Positions 1-13,005 are shown, numbered from the stretch's first letter. The stretch: 64,000 nucleotides of DNA from Tilletiaria anomala UBC 951 (GCF_000711695.1 NW_013547020.1:1-64000); one strand, 5' to 3'. Numbers and translations are program-made. The notes: generated from the letters alone by a model not told the origin.

Positions 1-900
1 CTCAAGTTCTTCCGCATCAAGGACTTCAGAGCATTTAGTGCTGCGTCAGTCTATGGATCCACTGCAACATTCACACCCAGTAACATCTTTGACAACAAGG
101 CGGCCTACCCAGAGTTGATCGTTCGAAGGTTCAAGATGGCAGAGTGAAAGGCTGTCTCAACTCCAGGCTCGAAACCCCGCAGGAGGAATGTAGACGCTAG
201 TGAAACGATCGAGAGCAAGCGTGCTTAGCCTGTCGTCATCTGGTCGTTGCTCTGCCTCGCACTAAGGGCATGACCTGACTGGCTTACTCCATCGACAGGG
301 CCGGGCAGGACGGCGCAGAGGCGAAAGACTGCAGCTTGGCGGGCCGCCACAAGGACCATGCAGTACATCTGAGGGACCTGCCCGCCTCGGGATCGAGTAC
401 TAGCATGCCAACACGACTGACCTGGCCGGTTTCCGTGAGTCAGACTGGGTAAGCGGCAAGAACAAGAAGCCTATAACAGGCTTGGTACTCTCCATCCCAT
501 CAGGCGTCATCAGTTGGTCATCGCGGAATCAGTGCGGCAAGGTTGGGTTTCCTCACAGGAGACAGAGCTGAAGGCAGCAAGCGAGGCGAGCCGCGAGGCA
601 GCTTGGCTGCACAAGATTCTTCGGGATCTGCGTACCCCAATGAGCATGGCTATCAAGATCACAACAATTGCGCACTTCACTAGATCCTCGGTATTCCAAC
701 GCATGGAATAAACAAGCAATATGATGTCGAGTGCATTTATGGACAGGAAGCACGCGAGAATGGTACTGTGAACTTCGATGGAGTTAATAGCAACGCCAAC
801 ATTGCCGACTCACTTACCAGGCAATTGCAGAGCAATCAGTTGGAAACACATCGTGCGGTAGCTGGAGTCATCAGCTGCACGACCCGAGCTCTGCTCCCTA
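1..900 (+). mobile_element. Decayed Ty1/Copia retrotransposon pol fragment (RT C-terminus + RNase H), 5'-truncated by window edge
   Basis: Frame-hopping fragments match Copia pol motifs in the correct order: FRIKDF, RFKMAE*KAVSTP, *PD, YI*GT, LAGFRESDW, TELKAASEASREAAWLHKILRDL, NIADSLTRQL. Many stops and frameshifts. Confidence 0.85.
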
Positions 901-929
901 AGATGGGTGACGCGAGAGCAGTGATAGCG

Positions 930-1202
930 TGGATGTGCGAGCCAACAGAACGAGGCATGATAAAGGCACGTCGAATTATTTCGAAGCAGCATAGCCTATA
1001 GAACACCATCAAGAACCATGGATGTCCGAAGGCAAGGAACAAGCTTCAGAGGCTGCACGTGTGAGCCAGCACCTTATGGATATATAAGGAGCCAACATAC
1101 AGCACCCAGAGTTCGTGCACCGTAGGGAGCAACAAGAAGTCAGAACACCCTATCTTGGTCGTAATAAGCCAATCATTCATGGGACACGCCACGTTATTTC
1201 AA
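930..1202 (+). repeat. Possible 3' LTR of the Copia relic
   Basis: Lies directly after RNase H, contains TATATAA (1081) and ends in ...TTATTTCA. No second copy in the window and no clear polypurine tract, so boundaries are guesses. Confidence 0.25.
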
Positions 1203-1469
1203 ATGATCCGATCCGAGACCATCCCCAATTGAAAACCGCCATCGTTGGAATGTTTGCCCCTCGTTAGTAGCATATATACACGCATCGATACAAGTTTCAT
1301 AAACACAACCGCGACAGGCACGAGATCGTGACGATCAGACATGGGAATGTCATTGTGCTACTTGCGTGCAGCCCGGGAATGGCTACTTGCGTGGCCCGCG
1401 GTCCAATGTGATCAAGGACGCTTGTGCTTGCTGGCCCTACTGGGGGCATTGTGTGGCTGAGATGAGTGC

Positions 1470-3060
1470 TAAGCCGCAACAACTTCCTCAATCGATGGGT
1501 CTTTGACAGTGGGAGGTTGTGTTATTATGTATAATGCCTTGTTCTTCTCTGTGATCATAGCGGCGGCTGTTGTTTGATCACTCAAAGTGGCAGCTTGTCT
1601 TCGCCTTTGCGTTCTCGTCTTCACTGCAGTGTTCGTGGTGGCTGCTGTCTTTGTGCTCCTCATCCTGCTGTTTACCGCTTTCTGAAACAGCTGTGCGCGT
1701 ACGGTCTCTTTTCCTAGTTTCTATTGCAGTTGCAACTGCTTTTCAAGCTGTAGGTGTTGCTGCTTCTGTGTTTCCGCCTGCGCTTTGGCAAACAAACGTG
1801 CTAGCTTGACCCCTTGAACTTTTGCAGCGGCTCCAGCTAGCTTCTTGCTTCCTCACCTTTGTGCGCCGCCTTGGCTGCGCTCGCCTGCTCCCTCTCCCTT
1901 GCTCGTCTCTCCTCGTCATCTGCTCGAACCTGCTCACGCAATGCAACTGCGTCCGCTTGATCTCTTGCTTCCTCGGCAAGTTGCGCGGGCTTCTGAGCTT
2001 GTTCTTTCCGTTGCTGATCGTCAGCGATTTTCATTCTTGCCTTTTGCGCTGTTTTTTTTTGCGACGCTAGCAAACAATTTCCGGGCGCCATTTCCTGTAC
2101 CGCTTCCTTGTGCTGCCTTGAATGCAAACCTCGGTCGGATAGCAATCGTGCCATAATTGCTCGGCCGGGCAAGGCTCAATAGTGCTGCTGGTTTGCAATC
2201 CTTTCTGGATCATCGCCGGGTTGATCATGTGCACCTCACTGGCGTCGTCGACGACGCCTCTAGAAGGTGCTGTGTGCGCTCCTTCAATGGGTTCATAAGT
2301 TACTTCGCTCGACGCGGCACACTTGTATAGCCCGCAAGCATTTTGAGCATTTTCACCTCCACGCCAGTGTCGGACAGGAAAAAGTGAATGTCGGACGTCC
2401 TGTGCAATGCGATAAGATCCAGGTATTCGCGCAAGCTCTCGATTGTGCCGAGTGCAGCGCTGTGGATTTGACACCAATTGCCCTCGGGTGCCGATGGAAA
2501 CTGCACGATACGAGAAGAGGCAGGCGTTACAGCGACTTTTTCGAGCTTCGAAGCTCTCCTTTTAGCAACTTCGGGGGTATACGGGTGGTTCACGGCGTCG
2601 TATAGGTCCAACTATTCGCTTTTTCTTCCAGCAACTTCTCGAGGTTCACCATGCCACATTCCTCTTCCACTTGCCTAAAGTCGGCCTGCGTTGTCGAATC
2701 TTCAAATCGCGCTCGGCAATATATGGTTTGTTGCTATTGCCTTGAGTCGGATTCAGGAAAAGCGGTTTGTCGCTGCCTATACTTGCATCTTCTACATCGG
2801 CTCTCGATTCAGGTCCTGTTTCATTCTCCGACTGTGGGAAACAGTGCGCAGCATGGATGATGCAAGCGTTTGATGCTTGTTTTAACGACGGTGGAATTCC
2901 GGACTTTTTCTTACACGCAAATGAGGGGAAGTTAGGGCATCTGCGGCATTGTATGTGTCATTGCTGGCGGGGATGGGTCAACAAGGATTTTGATCGCTTC
3001 ATCTGCGGAAGCTCTGGTGGGCACGCCATCATGGATCGTCGGACTATCCATGGCGGATTG
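1470..3060 (-). pseudogene. Degenerate coding-like region (Cys/His motif followed by charged K/E/R/A-rich segment); origin unknown
   Basis: Minus-strand fragments IQCRRC...IIHAAHC, then EKEQAQKPAQLAEEARDQ...RRAREREQ, broken by stops and frameshifts. A pyrimidine-rich leader-like tract on the minus strand lies at ~3120-3170. Confidence 0.25.
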
Positions 3061-4093
3061 AGTTCAACCTTTGCAGTACTGAGAAAGAGATACTGAAGAG
3101 TAAGAGGATCAGGAGTATGGCAACGAGAGAAGATGAGGGAAGATGAGAGAAGAGAAGAATGAGATACCCTCAATTTGGACCATCTCAGATACCGTGTGGG
3201 CTGGGACAGCTTGGGCTTTGACTGATCTTACAACATCCTCTAGCCAAAAAAACCTTGCCGACTCTCGGTCGCGGGTCGCCCACTACAAACGGAGTAAAAC
3301 GTCATTTCAGGGGACTTTCCACCAGATGCATTTCGAGACATCTGGGTTCACCCGGGCCATGTACATGACAGTCTAGATTGTACAGACATCTTTGTCGAGA
3401 GCCTGTGAGGGCCTAGACAGGTCTAGACAAGTAGATAGCAGGGCTGGACTTTTGAAGTTTGGGCGTCTCATTTGTCTGCAGGTGTCTGGCGAATGAAACC
3501 TCCCAGGGTCACACTTTATCCCAGTCATTCTGTCAACATCTTGAAAAGGGACAATTTCCGTAAAACTCCTTACCCAGCGGGGCATTTATAGAGAGTTATC
3601 ATTTTTCTTTCGAGAGCCTCAGCGTAACCTGCAACTTGTTTCGTACATTGGCAGTTTCGACGAGTCAGGTTCAATTTTTTCGCTCCTACAACCGCTTCCC
3701 CAACTCCATCACTAACCCTTATTATAGCATTGAAGCAAATCCCCTTGAAACCCATGCATTAATCCCCGAATCCGCCAGAAGAGACTGCAATTGAGTTCTA
3801 TAGCTCATGCGGGGCCTGAGTGGCCTGTGATGACATCATCATGCGCCACTGCGCCTCAAGGCTCAAGGCGGTCAATCAAGCTCTCATCAACAGCTGTTCC
3901 TACTCGATACTCACATACTCCAGGCGTACCTACTTTGATCATATTCAACACCTCTGAATCTTCAATCGGACAATAGATTACATTCGCCCTTCTGTGAGGT
4001 CTTGGTCTGGGGCCGTCTTGCTTCGTCAGCAAATACTGCATTTATTGCCTAGAAGGCTCTCGTCGCAAGACTCGCTTTGACTCCGAATCCGCC

Positions 4094-6611
4094 ATGCCGA
4101 GCGAACAGGCAGCTCCTAACCTCGACCAACCGCCTCTAGTGATCATATTTCAGGCAATTCCGAAGACATTAAGTCGATCGAAATCTTATACCTCTTCGGA
4201 TGAGCGCCATTCGATCGCTCAAGAATATGAGCGTCTGTTACAAGCACTGCGCAAGGCGGGCCTGCATGTCACGACTCGAGAAGGTACTGCTGGCTCTGGC
4301 AATGTGCTCATCTTCGTCAGGGCTAGCATGCAGGCGCTATACACGGCGGCTGCAAGAGAACGGTGAGCAGCGACGAAAATGAAGTTCAGTACATCGAACT
4401 CTGAACGCAGCGACGCGCATTCCCGGTCCCCCCATTGGCAGTATGAGTGATTATCTGCACGGCGTGCGATCTAGCTCACAAACGCCAGTCAGCTTCTCAA
4501 GAACGTCATCGCTTTCAACCGATCCTTTCGCATCAATCCCATCGCCGACATCTGCCGACGTCTTACGCTTTACGCACAGCTTGGTGACGACACCCCCCTG
4601 CCACGATAGCAACAAGGCTTGGCATACTATCTCTGGGGCCAACATACAGATCAAATGCAGCACATTCCCTCACGTGGTCGACATTGTTCCACTCCATGAA
4701 GTCCAGTACAACAAACAGTGGCTCAAGCAGTGGACCGCGCCGTCGTCAGCATTTACTATTGGAGCTTACGACCTCGACTCGGTCAGATGTCACTTTGGCG
4801 AGCAGATTGCATTCTACTTTGGCTTTCTGGTCTTTTATTTCAACTCATTGCTTCCTATGGCAGTGTGGGGCTTCCTTTTCTGGGCTGCTCGCCGGCCATA
4901 CGACCCAATTTACTCCCTTGGACTTGTCGCGTGGGCATGCGTCTTTGTAGAGGCGTGGAGGTTGCGTGAGAGGAAGCTAGCGGTCCGATGGGGATGCTCC
5001 GGAGTCTCGCACGCCGAGGCCCGACGTCCCGAATTCAAGCCTCGCTGCATCCGTAAGGATCCCGTCACAGGCGAGGAGCTAGAGTTATTTGAATGGTGGA
5101 GGAAGGAGGCTCGTATGGCTCTGGCACTGCCCGTCATGCTCATCTTTGCGGCTCTGCTAGGAGCAGTCATGACTCTGATGTTTATCATCGAAGTCTTCGT
5201 GTCAAAGATGTATACTGGACCGGGGAGAACTCTGGTCCCGCTTGTACCCACCGCCATGTTCACCACTGCGGTGCCGTCTATTATGGCAGCTTGGCAGGCA
5301 ACGGCAAGTGCCCTCACGAACTTCGAAAACCATCGTACCGATCGGACGCACCAAAGCTCGCTCACGCTCAAAATGTTTACGCTTCAAGCATTTGTCGCGT
5401 ACGGTGCGCTCACGCTTAGTGCTTTTGTGTACGTCCCCTTCGGCCAGAAGGTGATGGATACGCTTATGGCACGAGGCTTCCTCTCTGAGCACGTCAGTTT
5501 AGCAGTTCAAAAAGGCTATCTCAAATATGACCCTGACGGAAGGGTCCATTTTGACATCAATCCGAATCGAATGCATCTCCAACTCTTCGCCGCCAGTGTC
5601 ACCAGCCAAGCAATTAACGCTTTCACCGAACTCTTCTTTCCGATTCTACTGAGAGCTGTCAAGAGCTGGAGATCGGAAAGAGCAGCCGCGAGGCAAAGAA
5701 GCGGAGAGAAAAATGCGGGTGGTACTGGCGCACACCGAGACCCTTTCGTGACGAGGGCACTGGAGGAAATATCGTTGCCTAGCTACGATATATTTGGCGA
5801 CTACGCCGAGATGGCGACGCAGGTAGGTCCTGGCCATCGAAAGAGCCAAAAGCTTGATCATGCCTGACCTGCCTTTCCACTTCAGTTTGGTTTTATCACC
5901 TTGTGGTCGGCCGTCTGGCCCATGTCGCCAGTCATTGGCTTTGTGAACAACTTTTTCGAAATCCGCTCTGACGCTGCCAAGATATGCATGAACGCCAGAA
6001 GACCAGTGCCGGTACGAGTTGAAAGTGTCGGGCCTTGGATTGAAGTCCTGGTACGTACCGGTGAGGTCATATGGAAGAACGCTTGCAGAACTAAATTCAA
6101 TAATGCACGTATTTAGGGATTCATCTCATGGCTGGCAGCCCTTGTGAATGCTGCACTTCTCTATCTCTTCGGGCGCGCGCCGTACGCCAACACTGCTGGG
6201 CATTCGGCCTACGCCACAGTCTTGCGCCAGTACGGCCCAGGAGTCAACGTGGTTAACGCGACACAAACCAGCCAGTCCAGTGCCTCGCTCAGCGAGCAGC
6301 TACCCATCGATATGAAAGGCTCAGCGAACGAAAGCGCACTTTTGGTGGCGCTGCTCATTGCGATTGCTTCCGAGCATGGCTATGCAATCTTCCGCGCTGC
6401 TGCGCGTCATGTTTTGGTTCGAGCCGTCTGGCGTGGAAGCACGGAAGCAGAGGTTCTAATGCAGAGAGAGTGGCAGAGCAGGCGGGCGTTGCTGAAAATG
6501 CATGAGAAAGCGCCGGATGAGGACCAAGCGGCAATTGTTGATTCCCTCTCAGCATTTTGGAAAGAGGACGGCGTAAGCAAGGAATGGATTGAGAACACCA
6601 AGACGGACTGA
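4094..6611 (+). CDS. Anoctamin/TMEM16 family Ca2+-activated scramblase/channel (Ist2-related); exons 4094-4362, 4442-5822, 5886-6050, 6117-6611
   Basis: Motifs VRCHFGEQIAFYFGFL, LTNFENHRT, YDIFGDYAEMATQFGF, NNFFEIRSDAAKI, RRPVPVR.ESVGPW. GT-AG introns keep frame. Confidence 0.93.
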
Positions 6612-6643
6612 ATTTTAGTGACACCGCCAACGGCCGGCGCTTC

Positions 6644-7583
6644 TCATAGCTTCGATTTGTAAAAGTTGAGCCAGTCTACATATCTGTTTCCTTTACTTTG
6701 CCTAAAGGCAAGTATTCCATGCATTGCCTCTTCACTAGGCGCCATCATTTCCAGGAATGCATCTTTGACAGTTTTCTCAGCCTGCCCCGCAGCTGTATCG
6801 TGTGGAGACAGGAGACTGAGCCCCGGCTGAGCCTGTGTGCGAACAAGTGCTTTGGATCGTTGCAACGCCTTAGGACCGCCTCGTTTTAGCATCTGGGTGA
6901 TTTGTACCAGCTGGGATTCACCATCTTGCGCTGAGTCGAACACGCAACTGACTATGTGGCGCGAATACAGTTCTTTCGCGGAGATTGGCCTGGCTGTCAA
7001 CATGGCGTCGCGAGCTAGCTGCGGGCCCCATTCGCGAATGATGGTGGGGGAAATTAGAGCTGGTACAAGGCCCCGAGTCACCTCTGTAAGCTGGAATGTC
7101 GCGGCGGAAGAAGCCAGGCGGATGTCTGCGGAGAAGAAGATACCACACCCGCCGCCATAGACATTGCCGTGTGCGATTGCGATCACTGAAGGAATACAAG
7201 TTGAAATGTAGTCACAGTATCAGCTTGGGGAAAGAGCACCCTTCTACCCATACATACAGGAACATACATGGCTTCGGAAAGGACTCCAAGGCTTCAAAGA
7301 AAGACCGTCCGGCGATGTAGAGCTGTTCGTTACCACCTGCGAGGCTGGATCCGGTAGTGCTGAGGTCCATGCCCGTGCAAAAGTACTTCCCTTTTGCCTG
7401 TAGGATGACATAATGGATCAGATTATCCTTGCTGGCACGATCCAGATAGGAAAGAAATTCGTTCTGAAGCTCTGGCGTGAGTGCATTCCCGCGAGCCGGT
7501 CGATTAAGCGTAATGGTGGCTGCTGGGTGCTCCACGTGGAACAATATCGGTGCGGTATCGTCTGGGCTGGCTGCGGGGGTCAT
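6644..7583 (-). CDS. Enoyl-CoA hydratase/isomerase (crotonase), LiuC/AtuE-like, with C-terminal PTS1 (-SKL); intron 7186-7267
   Basis: TITLNRPARGNAL, FCTGMDL, GNVYGGGCG, FQLTEVTRGLVPALISP; ends YKSKL*. Confidence 0.92.
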
Positions 7584-8330
7584 GGCTGCAGAAAGCGAGC
7601 AAGCTGCGAAAGCGCCGCCATTCCAGATTCCGACAGATATAAGCAGGTCAAGCAAGTAGCAGGCTTGCAGTGCTGACCGTGATCAATAGAGCCTCAAATT
7701 GAGCATGGTATGGTCAAAGAGGGTGAGAGTCCTTCCCGTAACCCCATGTTGCGAATTGCAACTTGCCTGTACCACGAATATACGGTACCCTGTGGGTGTG
7801 ACATCGTGTGGTACATAATACATATGTAGGTAGGTATATGAACGCCGGCACTGCGCAAGCAGCCGAATTGCCGGGTGCGGAGTTGTCTTCAGCACTAGCA
7901 GGCACCAGTTGCCCAGGCCCTGACGAGAATGGGTCGGAAGCCAGTTCTATATTGTAGGTCATATGGATAGAACAACAATCTACTTGGGCGGAATCCGGAT
8001 ACCTTGTATTACATAAGCATTGTGTTTTTTTTGTCCGTGTTGCTCCCTCTGCTTGGCACTCTGGATGGGCGCCAGCTCGCCGAGTCATCCTCCCACATTC
8101 ACCTCTTCCAGCTTCCCCCAACCATTCGTTGTTTGTCCTATTCGCTTCATCCATATCTCCGTTCGCATTTGGTCGAAAGATGTTCCGCATCGGATTCCTA
8201 ATGCCAATTTCCGACCTTTATATTAGATAGCAAAAGAGTCAGCTGGTCAGCTTGCTATTTTGCATTGAAAGGATCAGTACACGAGATTCGTATCCCTCAT
8301 CCGCACTCAGCCTCGCCAAGAAAGTGTTGA

Positions 8331-8365
8331 GTACAGATACAGATATAGATACAGATACAGAGACA
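8331..8365. repeat. (GATACA)n-like microsatellite upstream of the MFS gene
   Basis: gtacagatacagatatagatacagatacagagaca. Confidence 0.7.
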
Positions 8366-8400
8366 AAGCCATCCCCTTTTCCTCCACCGTCCCAACGTCA

Positions 8401-10184
8401 ATGGCGAGCGACAGAAGGAGCTCAACAGAGGACGTAGCCGTCTGCGATGGCCTCTGTAGAAGCGAGGCTGTGCCTGTCGAAATGGCCGAACGTACCCTCA
8501 GCGAAAAACACACATCTCTTGCTTCAGCATCAACTTCTTTTTCAGTAGAGGATGGCGAGGGAGATCATACTGCGAAGGCGAGAGCCTGCTGCAGTCGAAC
8601 CCTTGTACGCAAAATCGATCTGCTGCTCATGCCGCCAATGATCCTCCTTTTTGGACTAGCATACGCTGATAAAGCCGTCCTTGGCTCCGCAGCTGTGGCG
8701 GGCATCCTTGAAGCCCTTCAGCTATCAGTGACTACCATCAACTCGAATGGAAAGCAGGTCACTGATCTCACCCGCTATTCCACGGCAACTGCTTTGTTTT
8801 ACGCAGGCTACGCCGTGTCCGTACTTCCCGCGGCACTCGTCGCGACTCGTGTGCCTAATATTATCCACTTTCTCTCTGCCATGATTATCCTATGGGGCGT
8901 CGTCACCATCTTAACACCCACGATTCACCACTGGCAGGTTCTATGTGCGCAGCGCTTCTTTCTGGGGTGAGTGATCATCTTGATGTTCTCTGCTTTTACC
9001 GGGTTTCTACATCAAAGTTCCGACCATGCCGCCTGTCTCACCGCTGTCTTTAAATAGAATGATTGAAGCAACCGTCTCGCCTGGCTTTGTGGTAATCACA
9101 AGGGCATGGTACAAACGGAGAGAGCATGCATCAAGACTTGGAATTTGGTATTCAAGCACCGGGCTGTTCAGCATCTTCGCTGGCGTCTTCAATTACGCCA
9201 TAGCTTCCATCCGTGGTTCCATTGCGCCATGGAAGCTACTTTACCTCGTCGCCGGTGCCTTTACCATCGTTTTTGGTCTCCTCTTCCTCCTTCTCGTCCC
9301 TAAAGATCCATCCTCGCCCCCAATCTTCTGCATTCGCGCTTACAACATTTTCACACCTAGACAACGGATCGAATTCCAGAACAGGCTTGGAGAGGACGAT
9401 CTTGGCCTGCTTAGCAATTCGTCAGCTGACTCAAATTGGACCGAAGTCAAGGAATGCTTTCTGGACATGAAAATGTATATGTTTGCGCTCATTGCGTTCT
9501 CTATCTACTTAGTAAGCACTCGCACCTCGTTCGGCGGGATGCTCGGCTGCTCTAACACTCATGCGCTCGTTACCGCAGACCAATGGCGCAGTGACTGCGT
9601 TTGGAACCCAGATCTTGCGGAATTTACACTACACGGGTGCACAAGCCATTGCGCTTCAAGCTCCTGGTGGCTTCACCACCGCTCTCTCCATCTACATCAC
9701 CGGCTACATCTCCTTGAAGGTTCCCAACTCTCGCATCATCTTGCTTTGTCTCTCTTGTCTGCCCGTCATGGCAGGTGCCTTGATGATCTGGCTTGGAAAT
9801 TGGAAGGACAGAGGCGTCATCTTCGCAGGTCTCTGGATGCTCCCCATATTTGGTGCAAGCTTTGTGCAATTGCTATCATTAGCTACAGCGAACGTAAAAG
9901 GCAACATCAAACCTTCCATCGCCGCTGGTATCATCTTCGTGGCGTACAGTCTCTCAAACGTGTCTGCACCATACACATTCAAAGGTTCCGAACTGGCCCA
10001 GAAATATCGGACGACTTGGCAAGTCATCATCGGGGCGATGTGCGCATCCATATTCTTTTCCGTCCTGTTGGGTCTAAATATGGCCTACGCGAACAAACGC
10101 AAAGCGCAGGTGGAAGCGGATGGAGACGGGGGCGTTGTCAATGCCACAGACATGAAGGATCCAACGTTCAGGTATGTATTCTGA
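8401..10184 (+). CDS. MFS transporter, allantoate/anion:cation symporter (Dal5-like); exons 8401-8966, 9058-9511, 9579-10184
   Basis: LVRKIDLLLMP, LAYADKAVLG, RFFLGMIEATVSPG, WYKRREHASRLGIWY, APWKLLY, ANVKGNIK and terminal TDMKDPTFRYVF, typical of the family. Confidence 0.92.
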
Positions 10185-10231
10185 CGAGAGTAAAGCAAAT
10201 ACATGCCCCTTGATGGCCTAATTTCCCGCAT

Positions 10232-11907
10232 TCAAGGATCACGAACATAGTTTCTGGAGAAGTGGGTAGTATAACATCAGTTACAGGCATCATACTCAGT
10301 ATCGATTCTCATAGCGAGACATCATATACTTGCCCTGGGAAGATTCCTTGGACACCATTAACGATCCCCGTCCACCAGTCTTCGGTGCTTGTCGTTTTCT
10401 GCACGACTTGGATTCGGTCACCTGCACTAAAGCTGAGATCACCAGCCGCCTGAGAAGGCAATGCGTAGAACAGCCGTAAGAAGTAAATCATTACCTTGAT
10501 AGCGCGTGCTTCTCATGGCTTACTTGGGCTGTGTAGTCGTAAAGAGCGATGACGTATTGCTTTTGTGGCTGTAACCCAGGCTTTTTCCCTGCTGGCGGCG
10601 GGGGCGGCGGTGGCTTGCTAGCAGCGGCATTCGGTGCGCCGCTTCCTCCTGCACGGGATGGTGCATTCGCTGCAAGACCGCCAGGAGCACAAGATGTGGA
10701 ACCGATGGATCCGGAACGATTGGCCCCAAGGATGCGGGCTATCCTCACAGTTGCGGTGGATGCTTTCAGTAAACTAGCTACTTTGCGAGGAAGGGTAAGT
10801 CACAACTATCTCACCACTTGATTGCGCCGGTCGCCGAATGCACAACGCCTCGAGCTGCTCTGCTGTATCCGCAAGCCGCTGTGCATAGGTGTCTTCAATC
10901 GTGCGTGGGTCGACTGTGAGGTCATAACGACCGGAAGCAAAGGTTTGGAACTTCTCCAGCGTGAGGTAGAACACGTTCAGCCTGACGAAGTTGAGAGTAG
11001 AGCATTTTATTGTCAGACTAGCCGCGGAAGACACGATCGATGCGAACAGCACACCACTCACTGCATGTAGTACAAGCTGTGGAAGAGCGGAGTCATAAAG
11101 GAGGCAACGAGCTCGAAAAAGTTTGGCAGTTCCTCTTTGAAAGCATTGTTGAAGTATTCATAATCCGCAGCGGCCGTCTCGTAGCCCTGCTCCAATTTGA
11201 ATAGGTTTTGCTCGTCTTTGAGACTCTTTTCCTTCTTGTCCTTCACCTTAGAGAAAGCGTTATTGTGCCGATCATAATCAATGAGCTTATTTTAATGGAA
11301 AAATTGTGTTAGCGACTCTCTCTGTTGCAGCGAATAGACATGTGAAGCCCACTTTATGATCACGCTTCGTGATATTCTTCCGGATACTTTTAATGACGGC
11401 GTTGAAGTCCTTGATTGGCGCTATGATCCGATTTTCAATCAAGTCAATTTCAGGGGTGAGCGCCTCACGGAGTTCCTCCATCATGATATCGTAGGCGGGC
11501 AGACTCTGGATTGTGGTCGCTGCCTGGGGATGATTGCCGATGAAGTCGGCTTCAGATCCAGACGGGGAGAAGAGGTTGGCGAAGGCAGATCCGAAAGCAG
11601 CGCCCGAGAGGAGCATATCTGCGAACAAAATGAGACAGGGCAGTCGTACCGCGGTGAGCTAGGTCCGATCCTTCCGGAAGACAGAAAGGCCTGAACAGAG
11701 GTGGGATCTGTGAGGGCTGTCTCGCTCACTTTGCACGGATTGCTTGTAGGACTGAGCATCTTTCTGCAGCCTCTCTCCACTCTTTTCGACAGTTGTGAAC
11801 TTGCGGTTGAGCTCATCGAATGCGGCGTCACTGGATTTGGTCGTCATGCCCACCTTAGAGGTGAGCAGGTGCGGCGTGCGCGCCATCGCCTTTGCGATGC
11901 CCTTCAT
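10232..11907 (-). CDS. RVS167: Amphiphysin-like N-BAR + SH3 protein (Rvs167/Hob1), multi-exon
   Basis: MKGIAKAMARTPHLL..., IRKNITKRDHK, KEKKSLKDEQNLFK, KEELPNFF, proline-rich linker, SH3 YVIALYDY..GDLSFSAGDRI..DWWTG..GIFPGNYV. The last exon encodes NYVRDP*. Confidence 0.92.
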
Positions 11908-12764
11908 CGCGACCGGACTCAAGGAGATCCACACCTGGTAAATGCTGCGTGGGGCGAGAAGGATGAGACGAGTGAAATGTGTTCCGCTTGAGGAAGCAAG
12001 GTGTGCCCGCTGCGTCGAGAGCAGAAAGCGTCAAGGGGAAAGGGAGTCGTGCGAGCGTTCCAAGCTGGACAGAGGACTGGATTAAGCGCATGCGATATAT
12101 TAAGCTTCTCTTGCGGTGGCGCAGCATCGTCATCCCTGTGAACCCCCTCGTGGAATCGTGATCCCGGCCGCAGAGCGGCGATGTGGCGGCGCCGGCATAC
12201 AGCGCTGTACATATCAATCACAAAATTGGGGGCTGTGCTTTGCTGTACTATGTTGGAAGATGCTGGAGACTGGAGAGCCTCCAGGTCAAATCTGTTGGAA
12301 AAGGGATATGGATGCTTGCAGATATCGGGTGAATTTCGAAAGGATTACCCAAAATACCCCATAAATTCATGCCGCCTGCAAGCAGCTGTGCAAAAAATGC
12401 ATACAGCACACTCCAGTTCCGTCCTCCCCTTGCAGCCGCACACCCGCCAAGGCGCCAACTGCCAAGCAGCCACGTCATCGGCGGGTCACAGGTACCCCGA
12501 CGCTCCCCTCTCGAGAATCGAGCGTCGAGTTCAAGAATCCATGCATCATTTATGTCTGTAGAAACTGGTGGAGAGTGGGGAGGCTCGTGCGCCGCCCACA
12601 TTTGGCGATTAGCAATTGGATTGATTGATTTACAATGTCCACTTTCTGCTCCCCAACACAACGCCAGAACTGAGATTGAGAACTCATATATATCCAGGTG
12701 CCGACAGATCGATAGAAGCGATCGACGAGCCAAACTCCATCGACGAGGCTAGTACTGGCTAACG

Positions 12765-12770
12765 TATAAA
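12765..12770 (+). promoter_or_regulatory. Candidate TATA box of the carbonic anhydrase gene
   Basis: TATAAA ending 35 nt upstream of in-frame ATG 12805. Confidence 0.5.
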
Positions 12771-13005
12771 GGTGCAATCTGCGGAATCTGCCTTGCCGTA
12801 CCCCATGCACCCAGCGGCAGCGCGGCCCTGCATTGGCAAGCACGCTGCTCTTGGTTCACAATCCGTTTCGCTTGTCATTCGCGCCCACGGCACACGACAT
12901 CACCTCCATCGGCAAGCTCACATTCAAGTCTGCCGAGCATCAGGTCAAGCATATCTCTTTTCCTCGCGAGCCATTCAAGGACCCATCGCAACAAAGATAC
13001 GCAGC

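Noticed and set aside
11619..11729. Cassette exon inside an RVS167 intron
   Set aside because: The flanking introns would be only ~30-40 nt, shorter than the other introns here.
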